Shown here piece by piece: positions 25,096 through 34,600 of a DNA stretch of 40,731 nucleotides. The stretch covers positions 1-40,731 of the IMG/VR virus record IMGVR_UViG_3300035670_000520, one strand, 5' to 3'. The DNA is from a virus. Made by a program: the position numbers and the translations under genes. Position 1 is the stretch's first letter; every line of letters starts with the position of its first letter. A model generated the notes under the pieces. It was not told the origin of the DNA. It searched no databases and worked only from the letters and a program-made list of their open reading frames with translations.

Positions 25096-25365
25096 ATGGC
25101 TGCCAAGAAAACTGTTTCAACTGACGAGGCAATCGCCTCGGACGCTACCGACGCCGCCGTTGCATCCGCACCGGAGGCGGGCGAAGCCGTGGCACAAGTC
25201 ACTTTCGCCGACACCGTCTATACCTCGCGCTCGCTGTACCTGGCCAAGGGCGAGGACCTGCGCGAGTTCAAGGTGGTGGCCAAGCGCGTCAGCGTGCCGG
25301 CCGACGACGCCGAGGCGCTGGCCTTCCTGGCTGATCACCCTGAACTGCAGCGCCTGGACGGCTGA
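25096..25365 (+). CDS. Hypothetical protein, 89 aa, inserted between the V and W genes
   Basis: GGAGG RBS; alanine/acidic-rich N-terminus. Confidence 0.6.
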   Translation: MAAKKTVSTDEAIASDATDAAVASAPEAGEAVAQVTFADTVYTSRSLYLAKGEDLREFKVVAKRVSVPADDAEALAFLADHPELQRLDG

Positions 25366-25367
25366 CC

Positions 25368-25694
25368 ATGATTGGCCTGGATCGCCGCACCGGCGAATCA
25401 ATCTCGGGCCTTGATCACCTGCGCCAATCCATCGAAGACATTTTGACCACGCCACTCGGCAGCCGCCGCATGCGGCCGGAATACGGCAGCAAGCTGCGGC
25501 GTTACGTCGACATGCCGGTCAACGATGGGTGGAAAAGCGCGGTACAGGCCGAGGTGGCCCGCGCCTTGGGCCGCTGGGAACCGCGCTTGAGGCTAGAGCG
25601 GGTGGTGGTCACCTCGGTGCTTGACGGGCAGATCGGCATGACGCTGACCGGCGAGTACCTGGGCAGTTCTGCCGTCATGGAGGTAACCGCATGA
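25368..25694 (+). CDS. Baseplate protein, P2 gpW / gp25 type
   Basis: [26 protein letters not shown] matches the GPW_gp25 signature. Confidence 0.88.
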   Translation: MIGLDRRTGESISGLDHLRQSIEDILTTPLGSRRMRPEYGSKLRRYVDMPVNDGWKSAVQAEVARALGRWEPRLRLERVVVTSVLDGQIGMTLTGEYLGSSAVMEVTA

Positions 25695-26671
25695 TTGACC
25701 TTTCCCTGCTGCCCCCGCCCGACGTGGTGGAGAGCGTGGATTTCGAGGAGCTGTATCAGGAAACACTGGGCATCTTCCGCGAGTTCATGACGGACCAATG
25801 GACGGCGGCGCTGGAGTCCGACCCGGTGGTCAAGCTGATGGAGGTCATGGCCTACCGGGAAATGTTGGTACGGGCGCGGGTCAACGCGGCGGCCAAGGCG
25901 AGCTTGCTGGCCTTTGCCAAGGGCAATGACCTGGTAAACCGGGCCGCTGACTATGGAGTGGAGAAACTGACCATTCGCCCGGCCGACCCCGACGCAGTGC
26001 CCCCTGTCGAGGCAGTGATGGAAGACGACGAAGCGCTGCGTTACCGCACGCGGCTGTCGCTGGAAGCATTGTCAGTGGCGGGCAGCAGCGGGGCCTATGA
26101 GTTTCACGGGCTGAGTGCGTCGGCCGAACTGACCAATGTGTCGGTCGATTCGCCCCGCTTTTCCGGGGTGGAATTGGCACCGGCGGTCCGCGCCCAGCTG
26201 CCGCCAGGGGCCATTGTCGTGGTCTGCGATTACGACGCAGGCCTGGCCAACCCGCTACCCGGCGACGTGTCGCTGGCCATCCTGCCCAGCCTCACCAGCA
26301 CCACGCCGGTGGCGCAGCTGGTGGCCAAGGTTAAAGCGGCCTTGTCGGCCGAGGAAGTGCGGCCGATCACTGACCGGCCCCGCGTGGCCGCCGGCATCCC
26401 CTCCGACTTCAAGGTGGAGGCTGAACTGCAGATCGAGGAAGGGCCCGACCCGGATGTGGTGAAAGCCACGGCGCGGGCCGGCCTGAATGCGGCCATTGCA
26501 GACGCCCGCCGCCTGCAGGGGCAGTTGCCCCTGTCGGCCATCTACGCCGCGTTACACGTAACGGGGATTCGTAGCGTGACCTTGAAGTACCCGGCGGCTG
26601 GGGTGGTGTGTGACAAGCGGCATTACCCCAACTGTACGTCGGTCACGCTGACAACGAAGGTGGTGGCATGA
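25691..26671 (+). CDS. Baseplate protein, P2 gpJ type
   Basis: [25 protein letters not shown]-terminus typical of gpJ; ATGA coupling to W. Confidence 0.85.
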   Translation: MIDLSLLPPPDVVESVDFEELYQETLGIFREFMTDQWTAALESDPVVKLMEVMAYREMLVRARVNAAAKASLLAFAKGNDLVNRAADYGVEKLTIRPADPDAVPPVEAVMEDDEALRYRTRLSLEALSVAGSSGAYEFHGLSASAELTNVSVDSPRFSGVELAPAVRAQLPPGAIVVVCDYDAGLANPLPGDVSLAILPSLTSTTPVAQLVAKVKAALSAEEVRPITDRPRVAAGIPSDFKVEAELQIEEGPDPDVVKATARAGLNAAIADARRLQGQLPLSAIYAALHVTGIRSVTLKYPAAGVVCDKRHYPNCTSVTLTTKVVA

Positions 26672-27480
26672 GCCTGTTGCCGCACAACGCCACCCAGCTG
26701 GAGCGTGCCTTGGAGGCGGGCGCCGACCTTGGCCTGGACCCGGACATTATCCGGGGCGTGGCCGACTCGGCGCGCTGCCCGCCTAACTTCCTGCCTTGGC
26801 TGGCTTGGTCGTGGAAGGTCGAGGGTTGGGAGTCGGCATATACCGACGAGCAGCGCCGCGCGCTGATCCGCGAGGCGATTCCGGTTCACAAGACCAAGGG
26901 CACGGTCGGCGCAATTCGGCGCGTGCTCAAGGCGGTTCGGGTTAACGCGGATTACAAGGAATGGCGCGAGATCCCCAACGCGGCGCCGTATACGTTCCAG
27001 GTCACGGCGTGGGCCAACGATAACCGGCCGGGCGAAGGCTCGATCATCTCGCCGCAGCTGGAGGAGCGCCTGCGCGCCCTGGTCGACGCGACGAAGAACG
27101 AGCGCAGCCACTACACCTTCCGCCTCGGTGCGCGCTTCGATGACGGCCTTGTGGCGGCCAATGCCTCGCACCTGCGGCAGCGCACGCGCCGCTCGGCCGA
27201 AGCGCAGCCGATCCCCATGCCGCCCTCTGAGCAAGGCCTGGGTCTGGTCAACGCTTCGCGTCTGCAGCTGGTCCAGCGGCGCCCGGCGGATGCCCAGGCA
27301 GTGCCCATGCCCTTGTCCGAGCAGGCCCTGCAGGCGGCCAACGCAACCCACATACGCTGTGTCTCTCGGTGGCCCGCCAAGACGCAAAGCGTACCGATCC
27401 ACAACGAAACGGTGCTGTTGGCGGCTAATGGCGTCAGCAACCGTACTGTCGTGCGCGTCACGATGGAGGCAGTTCTATGA
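26668..27480 (+). CDS. Tail protein, P2 gpI type
   Basis: LLPHNATQLERALE ... FLPWLAWSW ... KTKGTVGAIRRVL signature; three ~27-aa internal repeats at the C-terminus. Confidence 0.85.
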   Translation: MSLLPHNATQLERALEAGADLGLDPDIIRGVADSARCPPNFLPWLAWSWKVEGWESAYTDEQRRALIREAIPVHKTKGTVGAIRRVLKAVRVNADYKEWREIPNAAPYTFQVTAWANDNRPGEGSIISPQLEERLRALVDATKNERSHYTFRLGARFDDGLVAANASHLRQRTRRSAEAQPIPMPPSEQGLGLVNASRLQLVQRRPADAQAVPMPLSEQALQAANATHIRCVSRWPAKTQSVPIHNETVLLAANGVSNRTVVRVTMEAVL

Positions 27481-28163
27481 GTACCGCTTTGCAACCCCAG
27501 ATCACCAAGGCCGGGCTGGCGGCGATCTGGAACGCCACCAGCACTGGCCTGTCGGCCGAGATTTCCCACATCGGCCTGGGCTCTGCGGGCTACACGCCCA
27601 GCGCTGACCAGAAGACCTTGCGCGCCCAGGTGGTCAAGTACCCCATTTCGGGCGGCGAGAAGCTGAGCAGCACGCTGATTCACCTCACGGCGGTCGCCGA
27701 CGATGCGGCCGCGTTTTGGGTGCGAGAGGTCGGCTTCTTCTTGAGCGATGGCACGTTGCTTGCGGTTTGGTCGCATGCCACCGAGGCGCTGACCTACAAG
27801 TCGCCCAATACCGAGCTGCTGCTGGCCTACGACCTGTCGCTAGAAGCCCTGCCGGCCAACAGCGTGACCATCAACAGCACCTCGGCCGGGCTCAACCTGA
27901 CCATGGCCGAACCGATGGCGGCAGTGGCCACGGCCATGATCGCCGAGCAATTGCGCAACCTGCTGCAGGGTGACCGCCTGACGGAGGAGGAGCGCCGGCA
28001 GACGGTGGCCGGCAATCAAATTGCCCTGCTGATGGGGCGCATGTCTTCGGCCGAGCAGGCCCACACGGAGGCGCGGGATGGTCTGCTGAGTTCGGCCATC
28101 GCCAATGCCCTGGCAACCACCAACCTGCAAGTCATGGTTCTCAAACACATCCACGGAGCTTAA
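27477..28163 (+). CDS. Tail fibre protein, N-terminal (tail-collar / DUF3751-type) module
   Basis: ITKAGLAAIWNATSTGLSAEISHIGLGSAGYTP ... VREVGFFLSDGTLLAVW is typical of P2 gpH-like fibre N-termini. Confidence 0.8.
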   Translation: MSTALQPQITKAGLAAIWNATSTGLSAEISHIGLGSAGYTPSADQKTLRAQVVKYPISGGEKLSSTLIHLTAVADDAAAFWVREVGFFLSDGTLLAVWSHATEALTYKSPNTELLLAYDLSLEALPANSVTINSTSAGLNLTMAEPMAAVATAMIAEQLRNLLQGDRLTEEERRQTVAGNQIALLMGRMSSAEQAHTEARDGLLSSAIANALATTNLQVMVLKHIHGA

Positions 28164-28170
28164 TCCCCCT

Positions 28171-28899
28171 ATGAGTCTTGAATCTCAAATCGCCGAATTG
28201 GTCATCGTCAACAACAAGCTGGCCGAATACTTCAACACCAAAAAAGCGGCAATTGATGCCGCCGTGTCGGCGGCCGTGGCTGCCGCTCCGGCCATCTTCC
28301 GCGAGTTTTATGTGGACCCTGAGCTGGGTCTGGACACCAACCTGGGTACCAAGGCGAGCCCGTTCCGCACCATTCAGCGCGCAGTCGACTCCACGCCCAA
28401 GGGTGGTCGTTGCGAAGCCTGGTTGATGAACCACTACGTTCTCGACTCCCACGTTCGCCATGAGGGTCGCGAGGTCGCTGTGCGCGGGGAAATCGGCGCC
28501 GGCACCCGCCTGGTCATCAATGAATTCCTGCGTGATGGCGACCCGCTGCCGCGCATGGGTTCGTTCTGGCAGAGCTATGGCTCGTCGCTGGACCTCAGTA
28601 ACTTGACCCTGAGCTTGCCGGCATCAGCTGCCGGTGACCTCAGTGCCTATAACGCACTGACGTTCTCCAGTGGCTCCACTGCGCCGAACATCCTGCAACT
28701 GCGCCTGCACAACATCGCGTTCGAGCTGCGCGGCACGTTCCGAGGCCGCATTCTCGGCCCGGATTCGCCAATGGTTGCGCTGGGCCTGACGGGTACCACC
28801 CTGCCATCGGCACTGGCGGGCCGCATCGTCACCAACGTGGCCGCAGGGACCGAAAGCAAGACCCTGCCGCACGTCATCACCAACGTTCCTACCCTCTGA
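28171..28899 (+). CDS. Distal tail fibre / receptor-binding protein candidate
   Basis: ATG at 28171; the segment SPFRTIQRAVDS resembles the N-terminal cap of beta-helix (pectate-lyase-like) proteins; position follows the fibre N-module. Confidence 0.55.
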   Translation: MSLESQIAELVIVNNKLAEYFNTKKAAIDAAVSAAVAAAPAIFREFYVDPELGLDTNLGTKASPFRTIQRAVDSTPKGGRCEAWLMNHYVLDSHVRHEGREVAVRGEIGAGTRLVINEFLRDGDPLPRMGSFWQSYGSSLDLSNLTLSLPASAAGDLSAYNALTFSSGSTAPNILQLRLHNIAFELRGTFRGRILGPDSPMVALGLTGTTLPSALAGRIVTNVAAGTESKTLPHVITNVPTL

Positions 28900-28906
28900 G
28901 GTCAGC

Positions 28907-29368
28907 ATGCAAAAGAGTTCTCTGAACGTCGTCTTTGGCGACAACAACTACATCGGTTTCGAGTTCGGCAACCTCCCGGTCGGCGCGGCCTTGCTGGTAG
29001 CCGCCCAGCAGATCGAGCAAGCGGCCGACCAGGCGCGTGCGGCGGTGCTGGGCGATCCCCTGCGTGCGGTGGAGTACCAGATGGCCGAAGCCGACGCCAA
29101 GGCGTTCATGGTGGCCGGTTTCGACGGCGAAGTGCCGGCGACCGTACAGGCGGTGGTCGATGCCTCGGAGGTGACGCCTCAGGCTGCAACCGAGCTGATC
29201 CTGTCCGAGTCGGCGGCCTGGCGGGGCGCCCTGTGCGAGATTCGCGCGGCGCGCCTCATGGGCAAGCAGGCCATGCTCAAGGCCACGACTCACGCCGAGG
29301 CCGAAGGCTACGCCGACACTGCAATCGACGCGATTCGTGCGATCTCCAAGGCTTACAACCCCGCCTGA
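28907..29368 (+). CDS. Hypothetical protein in the tail-fibre chaperone position
   Basis: GAGG RBS; last gene before a terminator and the sheath gene. Confidence 0.5.
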   Translation: MQKSSLNVVFGDNNYIGFEFGNLPVGAALLVAAQQIEQAADQARAAVLGDPLRAVEYQMAEADAKAFMVAGFDGEVPATVQAVVDASEVTPQAATELILSESAAWRGALCEIRAARLMGKQAMLKATTHAEAEGYADTAIDAIRAISKAYNPA

Positions 29369-29398
29369 CCCCTCCCAGGCCACACCGTTACCCCCGAG

Positions 29399-29418
29399 GC
29401 CGCTAAGCGGCTTTTTTT
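29399..29418 (+). terminator. Rho-independent terminator after the fibre genes
   Basis: GCCGC-taa-GCGGC followed by seven T. Confidence 0.65.
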
Positions 29419-29468
29419 GTGTCCGGGCCGCGCATTGTCGCGGCCTGGTGCTTTCTGGAGCATTCCCC

Positions 29469-30635
29469 ATGGCTGGATTCTTTCACGGCGTTACCGTAAC
29501 GCTCGTTGACACCGGTGCGCGCAATATCGCGCTGCCGTCCTCCTCGATCATTGGCTTGGTCGACACCTTTACCGAAGGCGCAGGCGCCACGGCGAAGTAC
29601 AACGACCTGGTGCTGATCACCAACGAGCGTGAGGCGGTCGCCGCGTTCGGTGAAACCTCGGCCATCACCAAGGCCTGCCGGGCTATTTACACCCGTGCCA
29701 AGGCGGTGATCGTCTGCTGCGGTGTGGCAAAGGCGGTCGACGCGGCGGCACAAACGTCCTCGATCATTGGCGGCGTGTTGGCCAACGGCAAGCGTACCGG
29801 CCTGCAGGCGCTGCTGGATGGCAAGAGCCGTTTCAACGCCCAGCCGCGGCTGATCGTAGCGCCTAAGCACAGCGCGACCCAGGCGGTGGCCACTGCCATG
29901 GATGCCTTGGCAGCCAAGCTGCGTGCCATTGCCATCGTTGACGGTCCCGGCACCACTGATGAGGCCGCCATGCTCTACGCCAAGAACTTCGGTTCTAAGC
30001 GCATCTTCATGGTCGACCCCGGCGTGCAGCAGTGGGACACCACCAGCAACGGCACCGTCGATATGCCGGCTTCGGCCTGGACGGCTGGCCTGTTTGCCTG
30101 GACCGATACCGAATACGGCTTCTGGGCCTCGCCGTCCAACAAGGAATTCGTCGGCATCACTGGCACCACCCGTTCGGTGGAATTCTTGGACGGCGACGAC
30201 ACCTGTCGGGCCAACCTGCTGAACAACGCCAATATCGCGACCATCATTCGCGACGACGGCTTCCGCCTGTGGGGCAACCGCACACTGTCGAGTGATGCGA
30301 AGTGGGCCTTTGTCACCCGCGTTCGAACGCTCGACATTGTGATGGACGCGATCATGTACGGGCATAAGTGGGCAGTCGATCGCTCGATTACCGCGACCTA
30401 CGTCAAGGACGTGACGGAGGGGCTGCAGGCGTTCATGCGCGACCTCAAGAATCAGGGCGCCATTGTCAACTTCGAAGTGTATGCCGACCCGGTGCTCAAC
30501 ACGGCCAGCCAGCTGGAGCAGGGCAAGGTGTATTGGAACATCCGTTTCACCGACGTGCCGCCGGCCGAAAACCCCAATTTCCGTTTCGATGTCACCAACC
30601 AATGGCTGACCGAAGTCCTCAACGCTGCCGCCTAA
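29469..30635 (+). CDS. Contractile tail sheath protein, P2 FI type
   Basis: MAGFFHGVTVTLVDTGARNI N-terminus typical of the sheath; 388 aa; followed by the tube gene. Confidence 0.9.
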   Translation: MAGFFHGVTVTLVDTGARNIALPSSSIIGLVDTFTEGAGATAKYNDLVLITNEREAVAAFGETSAITKACRAIYTRAKAVIVCCGVAKAVDAAAQTSSIIGGVLANGKRTGLQALLDGKSRFNAQPRLIVAPKHSATQAVATAMDALAAKLRAIAIVDGPGTTDEAAMLYAKNFGSKRIFMVDPGVQQWDTTSNGTVDMPASAWTAGLFAWTDTEYGFWASPSNKEFVGITGTTRSVEFLDGDDTCRANLLNNANIATIIRDDGFRLWGNRTLSSDAKWAFVTRVRTLDIVMDAIMYGHKWAVDRSITATYVKDVTEGLQAFMRDLKNQGAIVNFEVYADPVLNTASQLEQGKVYWNIRFTDVPPAENPNFRFDVTNQWLTEVLNAAA

Positions 30636-30647
30636 GGAGCCCCCGAC

Positions 30648-31157
30648 ATGGCATTCATTCCCCAAATTCTCGCCAACACCAACCTGTTCGTGGATGGCAA
30701 AAGCTTCCAAGGCGATGTACCCAGCCTGACCCTGCCCAAGCTCACCCTCAAGATGGAGGAGTACCGCCCAGGCGGCATGGATATGCCGATTGAGATGGAC
30801 GTGGGCATGGAGAAGATGGAAGCCAACTTCACCACCACCGGCGTGCGCAAGGACTCGCTCAAGTTCTTTGGCCTGGCCGATGGCAACGCCTTCAACGGCG
30901 TGTTCCGTGGCTCGTTCAAGATCCAGAAGGGCGAAACCCTCGCGGTCGTCGTCACCCTGCGCGGCACCCTGAAAGAGCTGGACATGGGCGACTGGAAGGC
31001 CGGCGACAAGGCCGAGCTCAAGCACGGCATTGCCGTCACCTACTACAAGCTCGAAGTCGGCGGCGAGGTCATTTACGAGATTGACCCGGTCGGCATGAAG
31101 CGTGTCATCAACGGCACCGACCAGCTGGCCAGCCAGCGCGCCGACCTCGGCCTGTAA
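30648..31157 (+). CDS. Tail tube protein, P2 FII type
   Basis: MAFIPQILANTNLFVDGKSFQGDV is typical of FII; AAGGAG RBS. Confidence 0.9.
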   Translation: MAFIPQILANTNLFVDGKSFQGDVPSLTLPKLTLKMEEYRPGGMDMPIEMDVGMEKMEANFTTTGVRKDSLKFFGLADGNAFNGVFRGSFKIQKGETLAVVVTLRGTLKELDMGDWKAGDKAELKHGIAVTYYKLEVGGEVIYEIDPVGMKRVINGTDQLASQRADLGL

Positions 31158-31202
31158 CCCCCATTCCTCTCGCAACCCTTTCCGTATCAAGGACACTCTT
31201 TC

Positions 31203-31499
31203 ATGAGCAAGCCAACCCCGAAGTACCTGACCCTGACCGCTGAGAACGTCACCGTTCGCCTGTCCAAACCCACCACCCTCAACGGCATTGATCAGGGCAC
31301 CATCACCCTGCGCGCGCCGACTGTGAAGGATATTCGCAGCTCGGGGCAGACCTCGGACGGTGACGAGGAGCAGCGCGAGCTGAACCTGTTCGCCTCCCTG
31401 GCCGACGTGGGGGTCAAGGACCTGGAAGGCCTCACCTACAAGGACTACAACCGCGTCGCCACCGGTTACAACTTTCTGGTGCGAGAGGACGAACTGTAA
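31203..31499 (+). CDS. Tail assembly chaperone, P2 gpE type
   Basis: 98-aa ORF between the tube and tape-measure genes. Confidence 0.8.
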   Translation: MSKPTPKYLTLTAENVTVRLSKPTTLNGIDQGTITLRAPTVKDIRSSGQTSDGDEEQRELNLFASLADVGVKDLEGLTYKDYNRVATGYNFLVREDEL

Positions 31500-31611
31500 T
31501 CCCGCGACCCTCAAGCACGCCGCCAAGCGTCTCGCGGCCGAGCTGCATTTCTCGGCCGCTGAAATCATGACCATGTCGTATGCCGACATGGTTTGGTGGC
31601 TTACCGATTGA
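31203..31611 (+). CDS. Predicted E+E' frameshift product (shift into the +1 frame somewhere in 31384-31496)
   Basis: The +1 frame is open over 31384-31608 and encodes ...NPATLKHAAKRLAAELHFSAAEIMTMSYADMVWWLTD, which resembles the conserved GpE' C-terminus (FHWPPSE...W); it has no own start codon. Confidence 0.55.
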
Positions 31612-31631
31612 GCTTGCACAGGGGGTAACCG

Positions 31632-34600
31632 ATGGCAAGCAAGGTAGCGTTATCGCTGGTGATCGGCGGCGCCGTCGCGTCGTCACTCGGTGCCGCGTTC
31701 AAGACCGCCGAAAACGGCATCCAGAAGCTGGAAGCCAAGGGCAACAAGGCCAAGGTGCTGAAAAGCACCATTGGCGAAACCATCAAGCTGCGCGAGGAAT
31801 GGAAGCGGGCGCATGACAGCGGCGCGGCCGGTGCCGACAAGCTGCTGCGCAAGTTGGACGGCAACCTGGATGCTTTGCGCAAGCAGGGGGTCGAGGTCGG
31901 CAAGCTCGGCCGCGAGTACCAGCGCTTGGGGCGTGAAGCGAAGGCCGCCGATCTGCAGCTCAAGGGTCACCAGCAGCTGCAGGCGGGCAAGGAATCGCTC
32001 AAGTCGAATATCGGCAGGGCGGTGGTGGCCACGGGCGCCGCCGCTGTACCGACGATGATCAGCGCGAACTATCAAGCGGTCATCCGTGACATTGCGATCA
32101 AGGCCGATATCGCCAACAAGCCCGAAGAGCAGCAGCTTAGCCGGACGGTGATCGACACGGCCAAAGACACCGGCATGTCACGCAATGACGTGGCCGACCT
32201 GGTCAACCAGCTGGTCGGCGCCGGTATGGAGCTGGACAAGGCGCTGTCGTATGCGCCGGTCGCGGCCAAGTTCGCGGTGGGTCAAGGCGCTTCGGGGGTC
32301 GACACCGCGTCGATGATCCAGGCACTGGAGCAAAACGCCAAGATCAGCGACCCCAAGGTCATGCAGCAGGCACTGGAGGCCATCGCCTACCAAGGCCAGG
32401 CGGGCAGCTTCGAGGCCAGCGATATGGCCAAGTGGTTCCCGCAACTGCTGGCCGGCATGGAAAAGAACGGCATCACCGGGCTGGACGCGGTGACCTCGCT
32501 GGGCTCCATGCTGCAGGTCCAGATGAAGACCGCCGGCAGTTCCGACGAAGCGGCGAACAACTTCAAGAACTGGATGGAGAAGATCGGCGCCGGCGATATC
32601 AAGAAGGCCTACAGCGATGTGGGCATTGATTATCAGGCGTCGCTGAATACCGGCCTGCAGAAGGGCATGAACGTCATTGAGGCGTCCATGGCCCTGGCCA
32701 TGCGTTATGTCGAGAAGACCGACCCGGCCAAGGCCAAGCAGATCAAGGACGCCCAAGCCAAGATCGACAAGGAGGTCGACCCGGAGAAGGCCAAGGCGGC
32801 GCTGGAAGCCCTGGAGAAAACCCTGCGCACCGGCGATATCTTCGCCGACATGCAGGTCAAGGCCGCGCTCACCGCCTACGGGCAGAACCGGGGCCTGTAC
32901 GAAGAACTCAAGGCCGACTCCAAGAAGGCCTCGGGCATCCTCGACAAGAACCTGGCTGAGCGCCGCGAGACTTCGGCGCAGCAGTGGGCCGAGCTGGGGC
33001 AGGCGGTGGACGACTCCATGCGCAGCATTGGCGATGCCATCCGCCCGGCCACCGACCTGGCCGCGCAGGGGCTGACCAAGGTTGCCCGTGGCATCACCTC
33101 GCTGTCGGATCAGTTCCCGTCGATAGCGATGGGGATTGGCGGTATCACGGCGGCGGTGATTGCATTTCTGAGCGCGCGCAGTGCGCTGCGTGTCGGGCGC
33201 GGAGTGCTCAACATTGCCATGGGTCGCGGCCTGGAAGGGCTCGCGGGCCGCGCCGGCAAGGCCGAGCGCGCGCCGATCAAGCTGCCCAAGACCGGCAGCA
33301 AGGTAGTCGACACCGGTCTGGGGCTGCTGGGCAAGGTGTTTTCGCCAAGCTCGAAAGTGCCTGGCCAAGCCGATGACCCTGGCGCGGCCGCCAATGACAC
33401 ACAGCGCGTGTTTGTGGTCAACGCCGATGCATTCGGCGGGATCGGCAGCAGCGTTGCAAATAGCGGCCCTGCAGGGCCTGCTAGGGGGGGTAGTCGCAGA
33501 AGTCGGCGCCGGGAGCGTCGGCGCGCGGCCCGGCAGGGCGTCCCGGCTCGGCCGGCGCCGACCGTTGAAGCCCCCAAGGCGCCCAAGTCTGCCGTGGCCA
33601 AGGTTCGGCCGCTGCCTGCAGCATTGTCGTCCCTGACCGCCACTGATGACCTGGGCAAGATGGCGCGCTCAATGCGGGGCGTGACCCGTCTGGCCAGGCG
33701 CTTACCTGGTGGCAACGTCATGGACGCCGGAACCGCCGCGCTTGATGTGGCGTTGAATGCCAAGACTCAGGATGAAAAAGCCGAGGGCTACGGCGGCGCC
33801 GCCGGCAGCCTGGCGGGCACCCTCGCCGGTGCTGCAGCTGGTGCGGCCATTGGTTCGGTCGTGCCGGTGATCGGTACCGCTGTGGGCGGCGCGGTCGGCG
33901 CCGTCCTGGGTGGCATGGGGGGCGAGTCCTTTGGTGGTTGGCTGGGCAAGCGCTGGTTTGGTGAAGATCAGCCAGAAGGTGAGCCCAAGGGCGAGGCGCA
34001 AGCACCTGCCGCACCCGGTGAAACGTTACGCGTAACGCTGGATGAAGCGCGGGAGGCCAAGGCCGAGGTAGGCAGTGACATGCCGCCGGCGGGCGAGGCC
34101 GAGGCGCCGGCATCGCGAGCCAAGCCAGCGGCAGAGAAGCCCGAGCCCCAACCGGTCGCCCCTGCGCCGAAGCTGGGGGCCACTGTGCGGGATTCGACGC
34201 CCGCCGTGGCGGCGCCGGTAGAGGCCCCGCGCGTCGCGCGTGAGCCCGAGGTCAAGGCCCCGGTGCGTGGGCCTGCTGTGAGGGCCGGCAAGCCGCGTGC
34301 GCCTGATACCGCCTTGGTGCGGCCTCAGGAAAAGTCGGTACCGCCGGCGCAGCCTGAGCCACAACCCGCGCCGCCTGCGCCGAAGCTTGGCCAGGTGGTT
34401 CGGGAGGCTGCAACCCCTGCGCCTGTGGTGCCGTCAGGGCCGGCCGATCCGTTCGTGGTCCCGGCACTCGCGGCCGACAAGGTGCGTTTCCCGGGAGCGG
34501 ATCTAGTGCGGCCGCAGGCTCAACCAGTACCGTCAGGGCCGGCCGAGCCACCTGCGCCGAAGCTTGGCGCAACGGTGCGTGAGGCAGCCAGTCTGGTGCC

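Noticed and set aside
27477-29368. Diversity-generating retroelement or invertible tail-fibre switch near the fibre genes
   Set aside because: There is no reverse transcriptase, no template/variable repeat pair, no invertase and no flanking inverted repeats.
31580-31816. 78-aa ORF overlapping the tape-measure start, considered as the E' extension
   Set aside because: It is the wrong frame for a GpE'-like sequence. The GpE'-like peptide is in the frame ending at 31611, and this ORF overlaps the tape measure gene.
34161-34600. Regularly spaced DNA repeats in the tape measure gene, considered as a CRISPR-like array
   Set aside because: The repeats are in-frame coding repeats with unequal spacing (213 and 177 nt) inside a continuous ORF. 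There is no cas context.
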